Shown here: one piece after another, positions 1 through 12,521 of the stretch
Layout: each line of letters starts with the position of its first letter
How positions within the stretch are numbered: position 1 is the stretch's first letter
DNA from: Eledone cirrhosa
Taxonomy: Eukaryota
Direction: 5' to 3'
Assembly (NCBI GenBank): GCA_964016885.1
Contig: OZ024765.1
Span: forward strand, 19,654,001-19,718,000
Length of the DNA stretch: 64,000 nt
Made by a program: the position numbers and the translations under genes
The notes under the pieces: generated by a model
The model's input: only the letters and a program-made list of their open reading frames with translations
Told to the model about the DNA's origin: nothing
The model's database searches: none

Positions 1-1360
1 TATATATGTATGTATATGTGTGTACATGTATGCATATGTGTGTATATATATATGTATGTATATGTGTGTATATATGTATGTATATGTGTGTATATGTATG
101 TATATGTGTGTATATATGTATGTATATGTGTGTATATATGTATGTATATGTGTGTATATGTATGTATATGTGTGTATATATGTATGTATATGTGTGTATA
201 TGTATGTATATGTGTGTATATATGTATGTATATGTGTGTACATGTATGCATATGTGTGTATATATATATGTATGTATATGTGTGTATATATGTATGTATA
301 TGTGTGTATATGTATGTATATGTGTGTATATATGTATGTATATGTGTGTACATGTATGCATATGTGTGTATATATATATGTATGTATATGTGTGTATATA
401 TGTATGTATATGTGTGTATATGTATGTATATGTGTGTATATATGTATGTATATGTGTGTATATATGTATGTATATGTGTGTATATATGTATGTATATGTG
501 TGTATATGTATGTATATGTGTGTATATGTATGTATATGTGTGTATATATGTATGTATATGTGTGTATATATGTATGTATATGTGTGTATATGTATGTATA
601 TGTGTGTATATATGTATGTATATGTGTGTATATATGTATGTATATGTGTGTATATATGTATGTATATGTGTGTATATGTATGTATATGTGTGTATATATG
701 TATGTATATGTGTGTATATATGTATGTATATGTGTGTATATGTATGTATATGTGTGTATATATGTATGTATATGTGTGTATATATGTATGTATATGTGTG
801 TATATATGTATGTATATGTGTGTATATGTATGTATATGTGTGTATATATGTATGTATATGTGTGTATATGTATGTATATGTGTGTATATATGTATGTATA
901 TGTGTGTATATATGTATGTATATGTGTGTATATGTATGTATATATGTATGTATATGTGTGTATATGTATGTATATGTGTGTATATATGTATGTATATGTG
1001 TGTACATGTATGCATATGTGTGTATATATATATGTATGTATATGTGTGTATATATGTATGTATATGTGTGTATATGTGTATGTATATGTGTGTATATATG
1101 TATGTATGTGTGTATATATGTATGTATGTGTGTATATATGTATGTATATGTGTCTATATATGTATGTATATGTGTGTATATATGTATGTATATGTGTGTA
1201 TATGTATGTATATGTGTGTATATATGTATGTATATGTGTGTATATATGTATGTATATGTATGTATATGTGTGTATATGTATGTATATGTGTGTATATATG
1301 TATGTATATGTGTGTACATGTATGCATATGTGTGTATATATGTGTGTATATATAGATATA
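1..1360. repeat. Compound TA/TG minisatellite (~20-22 bp unit, TATATATGTATGTATATGTGTG)
   Basis: Direct periodicity; ORFs open in all three frames encode only M/Y/V/C/I. Confidence 0.95.
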
Positions 1361-1362
1361 TA

Positions 1363-1672
1363 GTAATAATTGTTTCTACTTTAGGCACAAGGCCAGCAAT
1401 TACCCAGTGCATTACTGGTACTTTATTTTATCGACCCCGTAAGGATGAAAGGCAAAGTTAACCTCGGCGGGATTTGAACTCAGACCGTAGCGGGACGTAA
1501 CTCTATGCTGCAAAGCATGGTGTCTACTAATATATAATTGTTTCTACTTTTGGCACAAGGCCAGCAATTACCCAGTTAACCTCGGCGGGATTTGAACTCA
1601 GAATGGCAAGGGCCGTAACTCTATGCGTCAAAGCATGGCGTCCGACTCTCTACCGATACTGCCAATCCACCC
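1363..1672 (-). mobile_element. Two adjacent copies of tRNA-derived SINE family A (second has an internal deletion)
   Basis: Reverse complement shows A box TGGCAGTATCGGT, B box GAGTTCAAATCC, central GCCTTTCATCCTTACGGGGTCGATAAAATAAAGTACCAG and an (ATT)n tail; many copies in the window. Confidence 0.85.
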
Positions 1673-1719
1673 TTAATCTTGAAGTAATAATAGTGAAAAA
1701 TTGAAGAATAAAAGGGTCA

Positions 1720-1832
1720 TAGTATTCCGATGATTTGATCAGGCAAACACTGTATTTAAGGTCGAGTGACACAACTTCAAGTGATTAGCGGCATTTAGAC
1801 ATACCTGATCAATGAAACAATTGTTAATACTG
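1720..1832 (+). ncRNA. Type I hammerhead ribozyme motif (variant core CCGAUGA)
   Basis: Stem I AGTATT/AATACT; CCGATGA; stem II TTGATCAGG/CCTGATCAA; GAAAC-AATT-GTT with palindromic stem III. Confidence 0.65.
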
Positions 1833-1883
1833 TAAATAAAACCCTTTTTGTGCAGCTGACCATGTTATTCTTCAAATTTTCAC

Positions 1884-1914
<31 letters not shown>

Positions 1915-2420
1915 TTTTGCACGGGGACATAGAAATAATCGGGCTGGATACCCGATCGCGCAGTTAAACCTCTGGGAGTGAAGGACCCCTAGCCCTTGTC
2001 AGGGCATTCTTCTAGAGAAGGCATCTCAGGAAACTGGGTTAACTCCGACATAAAACCTGTGGCTCAGTAGTTACTGATGCTGTTGATCTTTTCTTCTTTT
2101 CGAGTTATAGCTACTGTCTCTCAGAGAGTGGGATTGGCTCAGTGCACAGTCTTTCCTCACTTTAAAAATATTCTTCACGCACAGGCATTGCATGATTGGA
2201 TTAATTAATAACTATTAATAGTGTTATTGTTATTATTGTTATGACCATGCTGTAAAATGGAGGGGTAGAGAGGACCCAGGAGTCCAGTAAGCCATCCTCT
2301 CTAGTGCTGGTGACACGAATAAAAGCACCCAATCCATGCTGTAAAGTGGCACTGGTGTTAGGAAGGGCATCCAACCAGTGTATTAATGCCAAAACAATTA
2401 TGAGCACAACAACAAATATA

Positions 2421-2770
2421 AATGTCAATGTGCATGAACAACCGAGCATGGATGTGTTCAGAGAGAAACTGTGTCTGAGAGGGATAGAATGTAGTGTGCG
2501 GGAGAGAAGACTGCGATGGTATGGACATGTGATGCGCATGGAGGACGACCGATGGGTGAAGAAGTGCCAGGAAATACCAGTTGAAGGAAGACGTGGTAGA
2601 GGTAGACCACGAAAAACGAGGGCGGAGGTGGTGAGAACAGACCTCAGATCGCTGAAGCTCACAGTGGAGATGACGAAGGACCGTGACAAGTGGAGAGATG
2701 CTGTGCTGAATAGGACCCGTCCCACCCTTGCAAGCAGGGAATATCAGACGTTAAATGATGATGATGATGA
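2421..2770 (+). mobile_element. RTE-clade LINE 3' fragment
   Basis: Encodes RRLRWYGHVMRM...GRRGRGRPRKT...DRDKWR; ends in CCCACCCTTGCAAGCAGGG...(GAT)n. Confidence 0.9.
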
Positions 2771-2783
2771 TATATATATATAT

Positions 2784-3058
2784 TGGAGGCATGTGGCCAA
2801 GTGGTAAGGGTGTTGGACTTACGATCATAACGTTGTGGGTTTGATTCCTGGGTTGTGTGTTGTGTTCTTGAGCACATCTTCATTTTACGTTGCTCCAGTA
2901 TACTCAGCTGAAAATGAGTACCAGTAATAGCTGGGGGTTTAACCCTGTGATGGACTGGTGTCCTGTCCAGGGGGAAGTCTTGTATTCTCAGTTGCTTTAT
3001 GCCATGAAACCGGTATATGCATCAGCCAGATGAGCCTTCTGGCTTAAGACAGACTTTA
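2784..3058 (+). mobile_element. CORE-like tRNA-derived SINE with a variant 3' part
   Basis: A box TGGCCAAGTGGT, degenerate B box, TTGAGCACATC...CTCAGCTGAAAATGAG resembling the CORE domain. Confidence 0.7.
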
Positions 3059-3122
3059 TATATATATATATATATATATCAGTAATATTAATAAATGGAA
3101 GCTATCTTTATAAAACCATATT

Positions 3123-3183
3123 TATTTTATTATATATATTTCAAGGATACCAACATTTTAATACTCCCTCATCAGATAAAATA
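3123..3183 (-). ncRNA. Type I hammerhead ribozyme in a PLE terminus (family B)
   Basis: Minus strand TATTTTAT-CTGATGA-stem II-GAAA-TATATA-TA-ATAAAATA; homologous to copies at 56595, 59727 and 63508. Confidence 0.8.
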
Positions 3184-3852
3184 CAAAAGTTGGTTTACAG
3201 ATAGTGACATATCCAGACTAGAACTTAATGTTGTGAGTTCTATTTGAATAGTGAAGAAAAACTTCAAATCACAAGATGAATATGCTAATGAGGATAACGT
3301 TAAAACTGAGAAAGATCGTTATGTTTAGACGCTAGATAAATTAAAATAATTATTAGGATTATTTTTTTTTAATAAGAAAAGGAAATAGGGGTTATTATTA
3401 GGGTGGAAGAAAATATATATTTATAATCACATCAATTCATTCAGTCAAAGAGTTAAGAAAAGATTATTCCCATCTACAAATCAGTTATAGTTACATTCAT
3501 GTTCCCCCCCCCTCCTCAAGGCCCCCTCCCTTCATCCCACAACCCCTCTCTATTAGGAGTTTAGTGTCTAAATAGTGTTAGCTAACTATAGCAACCCTAG
3601 CTATCCAAAATAACATTTGACAGGAAAAAAAAAATAAACACCTCCCTCCAAAACATCCATACGTCTACCCCCTCGCTTCCTTCTTCCTTTCTTTTGTTTT
3701 TTTTACTCACCTCCCCTTTGCCCCCCCCCCCACTCCTCAGTTATTTTCCACTATGAAATATTTACTATTTTCTCAGCTGTCTCCTCTTTAGTTTCCATGT
3801 TCACAGGATCCCTTCTCCCCATCCTTGTCCCTACATCCCTATCATCTTACAT

Positions 3853-3891
<39 letters not shown>

Positions 3892-4061
3892 CACGCACAA
3901 CACACACACAAGCATATTCACACATCATCACCGTTTAACGTCCATTTTTCCACACAAGCATGAGTTAGACATTATATCTATCTATCTATCTTTTTATCTA
4001 TCTATCTATATATCTATGTATATATATATATAAAATATATATATATATATATAAATATATA

Positions 4062-4233
4062 ACGAAGGAGGTGTGGTAAGGAACCAGATGGACCATAACA
4101 CACCAGAGTACTCAATACTTAGGGTAGTAGAGTGGGAAATAGGAAAATGTTTAACCCTGATGGCAGAGCTCAAGCAGAGTGCAGAAATAGCTGTCGAAAC
4201 GGCTTGAGCTCTGCCGTCGGGGTTAAACATTTT

Positions 4234-4236
<3 letters not shown>
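4062..4236 (-). mobile_element. PLE-type terminus (family C) with a 35 bp inverted arm
   Basis: Arms 4141-4175/4202-4236; homologous to 10232-10436 and 44935-45130; flanked by (TA)n. Confidence 0.75.
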
Positions 4237-4281
<45 letters not shown>

Positions 4282-4282
<1 letters not shown>

Positions 4283-4395
4283 CATCATCATCATCATTTT
4301 ACGTCTGCTTTTTCTTGCTTGCAAGGGTGGGACAGATCCTATTCATCACAGCATCTCTCCACTTGTCACAGTCCTTCGTCATCTCCTCTGTTGAC
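4282..4395 (-). mobile_element. Short RTE LINE 3' end
   Basis: Encodes EEMTKDCDKWRDAV...PTLASKKKQT followed by (GAT)n. Confidence 0.8.
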
Positions 4396-4448
4396 TCACC
4401 ATCTCTGGCTTTTGATTGGTCTTCTTTTTCATCCCACCAGGGTCCTCT

Positions 4449-4892
4449 TGCCGTAAGCCCGAAGCTTGTCCCCTTCAACAGCAGTGCAATACACCTGCTG
4501 TAGTTTATGAAGCTGTGGTCACTTCCAACTGACCAAATCAACCACAGGAGGTCAAATCCTATGTGGGTATGGCAGAGGGCCGATTTAAGGAACGCTACCT
4601 GAACCACCAGTTGACCTTTAGGTACCCGGACAGACGTTCATCCACGAAACTCGCGAGCCACGTATGGTCCCTCAAGGACTCAAATATAGACTACTCCATT
4701 CAATGGAAAGCCATCACTAAGTCCAAGCCATACGCAAGGGGCAATCTGTCATGTGGACTATGTATTGATGAAGGAATAAATATTCTAAAGAGATTACGCA
4801 ATAGTGATTGCCTAAACTCAAGAAATGAATTCTTCACATGTTGTCCACACGTCTGGAAACACCTCTTACATAACTACAAAGCTCCGGGTTGA
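4449..4892 (+). pseudogene. Penelope-like element GIY-YIG endonuclease, C-terminal fragment (probably Naiad-type)
   Basis: One frame reads CRKPEACPLQQQCNTPAVVY...SYVGMAEGRFKERYLNH...CGLC..E...LNSRNEFFTCCPH; one in-frame TGA at 4530; followed by a hammerhead and a tail ending at (TA)n. Confidence 0.85.
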
Positions 4893-5058
4893 ATTATAAC
4901 AACATCCTAATTTTCTTATCAACAAGAAAATTTCGGACTTTTACAGTTATCTCCCTTACACCTCTCGCACGTAAATTAGTATTGCCTGTGTGAAGTGATT
5001 GTTTCCGCGCATGCACGTTCGTACGGTTGTCCTTCCTGTTCCATATAACCATATCCAT

Positions 5059-5101
5059 TACGAGCTGAGGATCCACTAAGGTGAAACAATTGTTCTCTGT
5101 A
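5059..5101 (+). ncRNA. Minimal hammerhead ribozyme downstream of the GIY-YIG ORF
   Basis: TACGAG-CTGAGGA-short stem II-GAAAC-AATT-GTT-CTCTGTA. Confidence 0.7.
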
Positions 5102-5208
5102 TGGTGAACTAACTGTTGTGTAACCACTTCTACCTAACTCGTCCCATGGACTGAGTGCTCTACCACTACGGATATTACCTTCCAGTGTTCTACCACTATG
5201 TATATATG

Positions 5209-5241
<33 letters not shown>

Positions 5242-5348
5242 AGATGTATATATGTATATATAGATATATATATGTATATATATATATATATGTATATATG
5301 TATATATGTATATATGTATGTATATATACATATATATATATAGATGTA

Positions 5349-5398
<50 letters not shown>

Positions 5399-5779
5399 TA
5401 CAAATTAAAAGTACTATAAATACCATAAACGAGAGGAAAAGGAGGGGAAGAGCAAGGACTTCTAGACAAGACAAGAGAAGAAAGAAAGGGGGAAGGTGAC
5501 AGACTCTACACCTACTACACCTAGGTCAGAGCAGCGTTTCAGCTACACCTCATGGACAAAATAACAAAGGTATTTCCACGGACAATGGCCAGCGACACCC
5601 ACTGCAAAAACCTCCACCTGGAGGGGGCTCTTTCCTCAGATGGGCCACTATCAATTAAATTTTATGGATGAGGCCAGCTGATCCAGGATCCAAGGATGTC
5701 CGAGGTCCCGACGGCAACCGGTGGAATGAGAAAACAGCTGAACAAGCTACAGTATTTGTGTTCTACCTCTTTATGATAT

Positions 5780-6245
5780 GAGTTCAACTCCTGCCCAGGT
5801 CAGCTTTACCTTTCTCCCTTCCAAGGGTCAATAAAATAATGTACCAGTCTAGAACTGGGGTAGATTCAATCGACTTTACCCTTCTCTTTCTTCAAATCTC
5901 ATGGAGGTTATCGTTGCCTTTCTCCCTTCCAAGGGTTGATAAAATAAAGTACCAGTAATGCACTGGGATAGATTTAATTGACTTTACCCTCCCCCCTAAA
6001 ATTACTGCCCTTGTGCTTTTGTTAGAAAGAATTATTATTATTATTACTGTTGTGGATTGGCAGTATCGGTAGAGAGTCGGATGCCATGCTTTCCAGCATA
6101 GAGTTACGTCCCTTTACGGACTGCGTTCAAATCCCACCGCGGTTAACTTTGCCTTTCATCCTTACGGGGTCGATAAAATAAAGTACCAGTAATGCACTGG
6201 GGGTAATTGCTGGCCTTGTGCCAAAAGTAGAAACAATTATTATTA
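5780..6245 (+). mobile_element. Cluster of SINE family A copies (two diverged partial, one near-complete at ~6050-6245)
   Basis: Repeated GGGTYRATAAAATAAAGTACCAG core, A/B boxes and ATT tails. Confidence 0.8.
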
Positions 6246-6483
6246 CTGTTTTGTTTCTTTCATTCTTCTTCTTCTTCTTCTTTGCCTTCTTCTTCTTCTT
6301 CTTCTTCTTCTTCTCCCTCTCCCCACCCTCTTCCAAACACTGTCTGTAGTAGAGATACCCCCCCACCTCCCCCATCAGTCTCTCACACTATTATACATCT
6401 GATCTGCTTGTTGTTGTTGGTAGCTGGAATACCAGCAGGTATTTGTTGTTTAAAATACCATTGTGATGTAAAATAAGACACAC

Positions 6484-6578
6484 CTGTAATCTAGCACTAG
6501 CAGGTGAGTCAAATCAGGTGTGTTGATATTAAACAGGTAACGCTGAGAGAAATACCTGGCCAGTTTGCAATAAAGTGT
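6484..6578 (-). CDS. Putative internal exon of an unidentified gene (TLYCKLARYFSQRYLFNINTPDLTHLLVLDY)
   Basis: Acceptor TTTCTCTTTCTTCCCAG, donor CAG|GTGTGT; open in phase 0, matching the phase-0 exit of exon 10045-10150. Confidence 0.6.
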
Positions 6579-6641
6579 CTGGGAAGAAAGAGAAATAACT
6601 TAGCTCTAAGTATAGATATGTAGATGTGTGGTTAAAGGAGA

Positions 6642-8430
6642 GCCTGGCAAGGCATAAGGATCTGTGTTCAATCCCTTTGTGTGGTAGCTTAAGCTTAGTT
6701 CAGGAGTCTTCTAGTGTAACCTATTCTTCAGGTTTACTGGGGAACTAGATAGAATTTGGTGGAGGAAACATTACAGAAGCCTGGCAAGACATAAGGATCT
6801 GTGTTCAATCCCTTTGTGTGGTAGCTTAAGCTTAGTTCAGGAGTCTTCTAGTGTAACCTATTCTTCAGGTTTACTGGGGAACTAGATAGAATTTGGTGGA
6901 GGAAACATTACAGAAGCCTGGCAAGACATAAGGATCTGTGTTCAATCCCTTTGTGTGGTAGCTTAAGCTTAGTTCAGGAGTCTTCTAGTGTAACCAATTC
7001 CTCAGGTTTACTGGGGAACTAGATAGAATTTGGTGGAGGAAACATTACAGAAGCCTGGCAAGGCATAAGGATCTGTGTTCAATCCCTTTGTGTGGTAGCT
7101 TAAGCTTAGTTCAGGAGTCTTCTAGTGTAACCTATTCCTCAGGTTTACTGGGGAACTAGATAGAATTTGGTGGAGGAAACATTACAGAAGCCTGGCAAGA
7201 CATAAGGATCTGTGTTCTATCTCTTTGTGTGGTAGCTTAAGCTTAGTTCAGGAGTCTTCTAGTGTAACCTATTCCTCAGGTTTACTGGGGAACTAGATAG
7301 AATTTGGTGGAGGAAACATTACAGAAGCCTGGCAAGACATAAGGATCTGTGTTCAATCCCTTTGTGTGGTAGCTTAAGCTTAGTTCAGGAGTCTTCTAGT
7401 GTAACCTATTCCTCAGGTTTACTGGGGAACTGGATAGAATTTGGTGGAGGAAACATTACAGAAGCCTGGCAAGGCATAAGGATCTGTGTTCAATCCCTTT
7501 GTGTGGTAGCTTAAGCTTAGTTCAGGAGTCTTCTAGTGTAACCTATTCTTCAGGTTTACTGGGGAACTAGATAGAATTTGGTGGAGGAAACATTACAGAA
7601 GCCTGGCAAGACATAAGGATCTGTGTTCAATCCCTTTGTGTGGTAGCTTAAGCTTAGTTCAGGAGTCTTCTAGTGTAACCTATTCTTCAGGTTTACTGGG
7701 GAACTAGATAGAATTTGGTGGAGGAAACATTACAGAAGCCTGGCAAGACATAAGGATCTGTGTTCAATCCCTTTGTGTGGTAGCTTAAGCTTAGTTCAGG
7801 AGTCTTCTAGTGTAACCAATTCCTCAGGTTTACTGGGGAACTGGATAGAATTTGGTGGAGGAAACATTACAGAAGCCTGGCAAGTCATAAGGATCTGTGT
7901 TCAATCCCTTTGTGTGGTAGCTTAAGCTTAGTTCAGGAGTCTTCTAGTGTAACCTATTCCTCAGGTTTACTGGGGAACTAGATAGAATTTGGTGGAGGAA
8001 ACATTACAGAAGCCTGGCAAGGCATAAGGATATGTGTTCAATCCCTTTGTGTGGTAGCTTAAGCTTAGTTCAGGAGTCTTCTAGTGTAACCTATTCCTCA
8101 GGTTTACTAGGGAACTGGATAGAATTTGGTGGAGGAAACATTACAGAAGCCTGGCAAGTCATAAGGATCTGTGTTCAATCCCTTTGTGTGGTAGCTTAAG
8201 CTTAGTTCAGGAGTCTTCTAGTGTAACCTATTCCTCAGGTTTACTGGGGAACTAGATAGAATTTGGTGGAGGAAACATTACAGAAGCCTGGCAAAGCATA
8301 AGGATCTGTGTTCAATCCCTTTGTGTGGTAGCTTAAGCTTAGTTCAGGAGTCTTCTAGTGTAACCTATTCCTCAGGTTTACTGGGGAACTGGATAGAATT
8401 TGGTAGCGGAAACATTACAGAAGCCTGTCG
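6642..8430. repeat. 137 bp tandem satellite, 13 copies, SINE-derived
   Basis: GCCTGG recurs at 6642, 6779, 6916 ... 8423; unit has a B-box-like GTGTTCAATCCC. Confidence 0.95.
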
Positions 8431-8508
8431 TTTCCAGATGATATAGTTAGGTCTTGCCCTTCTTTTTGTTGTTTTTATGTATAGTTTCTTCTTTAATTTC
8501 TCATTCTA

Positions 8509-8544
8509 TTTTCTGATGAAGGACTAGTGTCCTAAACGTTAAGA
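8509..8544 (+). ncRNA. Decayed minimal hammerhead (G12>T)
   Basis: TTTT-CTGATGA-AGGAC TAGT GTCC-TAAAC-GTT-AAGA; same layout as the intact motif at 42191. Confidence 0.55.
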
Positions 8545-8635
8545 CTCTTTTCCTTCTATATCAAGCATAAAACTAATAATATATTTCTTCATTGTACTGT
8601 GTCATTTGTTTTGTTATTTCTGTTTGCCATTCGCA

Positions 8636-9267
8636 TATATATATATATAAAATTATATATATATATAATATATATATATATAATATATATATATATAATA
8701 TAATATATATATATATAATATAATATATATATTATATATATATATATATTATATATATTATATATATATATAATATATATATTATATATATATATATATA
8801 ATATATATAATATAATATATATATATATAATATAATATAATATATATATTATATATATATATAATATATATATATATAATATAATATATATATTATATAT
8901 ATATATAATATATATATATATAATATAATATATATATTATATATATATATAATATATATATATAATATATATATATATAATATAATATATATATTATATA
9001 TATATAATATATATATATATAATATATATATATATAATATATATATATATAATATAATATATATATTATACATATATATAATATATATATATAATATATA
9101 TATATATAATATATATATATATAATATAATATATATATTATATATATATATAATATATATATATAATATATATATATATAATATATATATATATAATATA
9201 TATAATATAATATATATAATATAATATATATACAATATAATATATAATATATATATATATATATATA
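8636..9267. repeat. Interrupted (TA)n tract
   Basis: Almost pure A/T dinucleotide repeat. Confidence 0.95.
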
Positions 9268-9360
9268 TCATCATCATCATTTAACGTCCATCTTCCACGG
9301 TAGCATGTAGTATAAGAAAAAAGGTACAAAGTATCAGTGTTGCATCATAACATATTTAAT

Positions 9361-9454
9361 AACATATTACATATGTTTCACTGTCGATCAGCTCGAGGAA
9401 CGATCTATTATTGATCGAACCTGACTCTGGAATTAAAAGATCCTCAGATATGTT
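9361..9454 (-). ncRNA. Type I hammerhead with a large loop-2 insert
   Basis: Minus strand AACATAT-CTGAGGA-~60 nt-GAAAC-ATAT-GTA-ATATGTT; second copy at ~63926-64000 (+). Confidence 0.7.
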
Positions 9455-9515
9455 TCAATATGTAAGCTCATCTCGTGCAATTTATCTTGCACCTATACAC
9501 CTATATACCTATACA

Positions 9516-9560
<45 letters not shown>

Positions 9561-9736
9561 TTCTTTCTTATATTTATTTGTGTGTGTGAATATGTAGAGG
9601 AGTGCATTTATGTATGTGTATGTATGTACGTGTGTATATATGTATGATTGTGTGAATGTATGTATGTATATGTGTGTGTGTATGGCTATGTTTGTGTATG
9701 TGTATGCTTGTACACACATATATATATATATATGTA

Positions 9737-9785
<49 letters not shown>

Positions 9786-9894
9786 ATGTGTGTGTGTGTG
9801 TGTGTGTATGTATGAGTGTATGTATGAGTGTATGTATGTGTGTGTGTATATATGTGTATGTATGTATATATGTGTATATGTATGTATGTATATA

Positions 9895-9957
<63 letters not shown>

Positions 9958-10044
9958 ATGTATGTTTTTGTGTTTTTTTGTGTGTGTGTTTGCATGTGTA
10001 GTTTTATTTTATTTTTCCTTTCCTTCTTCCTTCTCCAGCCTCAC

Positions 10045-10150
10045 TTTCATATAGATTGCATTTTTGTTTTCAAAATCCAAATTCAATAAACAAACCAGGA
10101 TTTTTTCATTCTGAGGATTGAAAGCAAAACCTTTTGCTTTTAAGAAACCA
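10045..10150 (-). CDS. Putative internal exon of an unidentified gene (GFLKAKGFAFNPQNEKILVCLLNLDFENKNAIYMK)
   Basis: Acceptor TTCCATTTACCAG, donor AAA|GTGAGG; phase 2 in, phase 0 out; unique sequence island among microsatellites. Confidence 0.6.
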
Positions 10151-10193
10151 CTGGTAAATGGAATAATTGCCTTATGTTGTTTATTACATAATA

Positions 10194-10231
<38 letters not shown>

Positions 10232-10233
<2 letters not shown>

Positions 10234-10435
10234 CGAAGGAAATGTGGTAAGGAACCAGGTGGACCATAACGCACCAAAGTACTCAATACTTGAGGTAGTA
10301 GAGTGGGTAATAGGAACCAGTAAGACCCCGACAGCTGAGCTCAAGCCGTTTCGACGGCTAATTCTGGACAGCTAATTCAGTCCAGAATTAGCCGTCGAAA
10401 CGGCTTGAGCTCAGCTGTCGGGGTCTTACTGGTTC

Positions 10436-10436
<1 letters not shown>
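10232..10436 (-). mobile_element. PLE-type terminus (family C) with a perfect 57 bp fold-back
   Basis: Arms 10313-10369/10380-10436 plus ~80 nt unpaired tail; (TA)n on both sides; contains the GAAAC...GTC half of a hammerhead. Confidence 0.8.
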
Positions 10437-10490
<54 letters not shown>

Positions 10491-10557
10491 CAAAGAGATA
10501 TTTAATTTGTTGGTAATTCAACAAATATAAATATTTATAACAGATTCGAAGCACTCT

Positions 10558-10866
10558 GGGATGAAATGCAAAATTAACCTCGGCGGGATTTGAACTCAGA
10601 ATGGAAAGGGCCGTAACTCTATGCGTCAAAGCATGGCGTCCGGCCCTCTACCGATACTGCCAATTCACTGCCCTATACAATATATATAATGTCCAAGGGA
10701 AAGGCAATGGCTGATACAGCTTGGTACCAGAGACATCACAACTTAGTGAACTGGAGTGACATGAAATAAAGTGTCTTGCTCAAGGACAAAAACACATTAC
10801 CTAGTCTGGCAATTGAACTCATAATCTCACAATTTCAAACCCAATGCCCTAACCACTAAGCCATGC
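10558..10866 (-). mobile_element. SINE A fragment followed by a CORE-like SINE B copy
   Basis: Similarity to the other copies in the window (A/B boxes, TTGAGCAAGACACTTT). Confidence 0.75.
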
Positions 10867-10882
10867 ATATATATATATATAA

Positions 10883-10920
<38 letters not shown>

Positions 10921-11117
10921 ATTATGTGTGTCTACATATACACAGTGGAAATTCAACCAGACATTGAAGCTAGGCTTGTACTACAGGTTTGTCCCCAAAC
11001 TTTGGTTGACAGTAACTGTGTGGAAGCCCAAATGAACTGTACATTCACTTCAAAAGGTATTGCCATGTCACATTCAGTATCAGGCTTAATCTGGCTGCAA
11101 ATTACTTTAAGGGGGTA

Positions 11118-12176
11118 CATGTGTGTGTGTATGTGTGTGTGCGTGTCTGTATGTGTGTGTGTGTGTGTATGTGTGTGTGTGTATGTGTGTGAACGATTTC
11201 ATTTGTGCGTGCGTTAGCTAATTTGATTTTGCAGTATGTGTGTGTGTGTGTGTCTATGAGTGTGTGTGTGTCTGTGTGTGTGTGTGTGTGTCTGTGTTTG
11301 TGTCTGTCTGTGTATGTATCTGTGTGTATGTGTTTCTGTGTGTGTACATGTGTGTGTGTCTATGTGTCTGTGTTTGTGTCTGTGTGTGTCTGTCTGTGTG
11401 TGTGTCTGTGTGTGTGTCTGTGTGTGTCTGTGTTTGTGTCTGTGTTTGTCTGTCTGTGTGTGTGTCTGTGTCTGTGTCTGTCTGTGTCTGTGTGTGGGTG
11501 TGTGTGTGTCTGTGTGTGTGTCTGTGTGTGTCTGTGTGTGTGTGTGGGTGTGTGTGTGTCTGTGTGTGTGTCTGTGTGTGTCTGTGTGTGTCTGTGTGGG
11601 TGTGTGTGTGTGTGTGTCTGTGTGTGTGTCTGTGTGTGTCTGTGTCTGTGTGTGGGTGTGTGTGTGTCTGTGTGTGTGTCTGTGTCTGTCTGTGTCTGTG
11701 TGTGTGTGTCTGTGTGTCTGTGTGTGTGTCTGTGTGTGTCTGTGTCTGTGTGTGGGTGTGTGTGTGTCTGTGTGTGTGTCTGTGTGTGTCTGTGTCTGTC
11801 TGTGGGTGTGTGTGTGTGTGTGTGTCTGTGTGTGTGTCTGTGTGTGTCTGTGTGTGTGTCTGTGTATCTATGTATGTGTATGTGTCGATGTATGCACTTA
11901 CATGGTCATGTCAACGAGTGTATACTTGTATGTTTATATGTCTGTCTGTATGCAAGTATATAAGTATATATACACACACACACACATATATATACATGTA
12001 TATATACTGTATATATATATATATATATATACATGTGTGTATATATATATATATATGCATATATATATATGCTTGTGTGTGTGTATATATATGCATATAT
12101 ATATATGTATGCTTGTGTGTATATATATATGAATGTGTGTGTGTATGTGTATACTTTATTGTAATATATATATATA

Positions 12177-12219
<43 letters not shown>

Positions 12220-12368
12220 GTGTGTGTATATATATATATGCATGTGTGTATATATATATATATATATATACGCTTGTGTGTGTATATATATGCATATATA
12301 TATATATATATATATGCATATATATATATATATGTATGCTTGTGTGTGTGTATGTGTATACTTTATTG

Positions 12369-12423
<55 letters not shown>

Positions 12424-12452
12424 GACACACACATATATATACTCACACATGC

Positions 12453-12521
<69 letters not shown>

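Noticed and set aside
6-1461. Long ORFs of Y/I/M/C/V/H/T here and across the window
   Set aside because: Translations of stop-free dinucleotide microsatellites, open in several frames
4530-4532. In-frame TGA in the GIY-YIG fragment as selenocysteine
   Set aside because: It lies in a variable loop rather than at a Cys position, fits CGA>TGA decay, and no SECIS is evident
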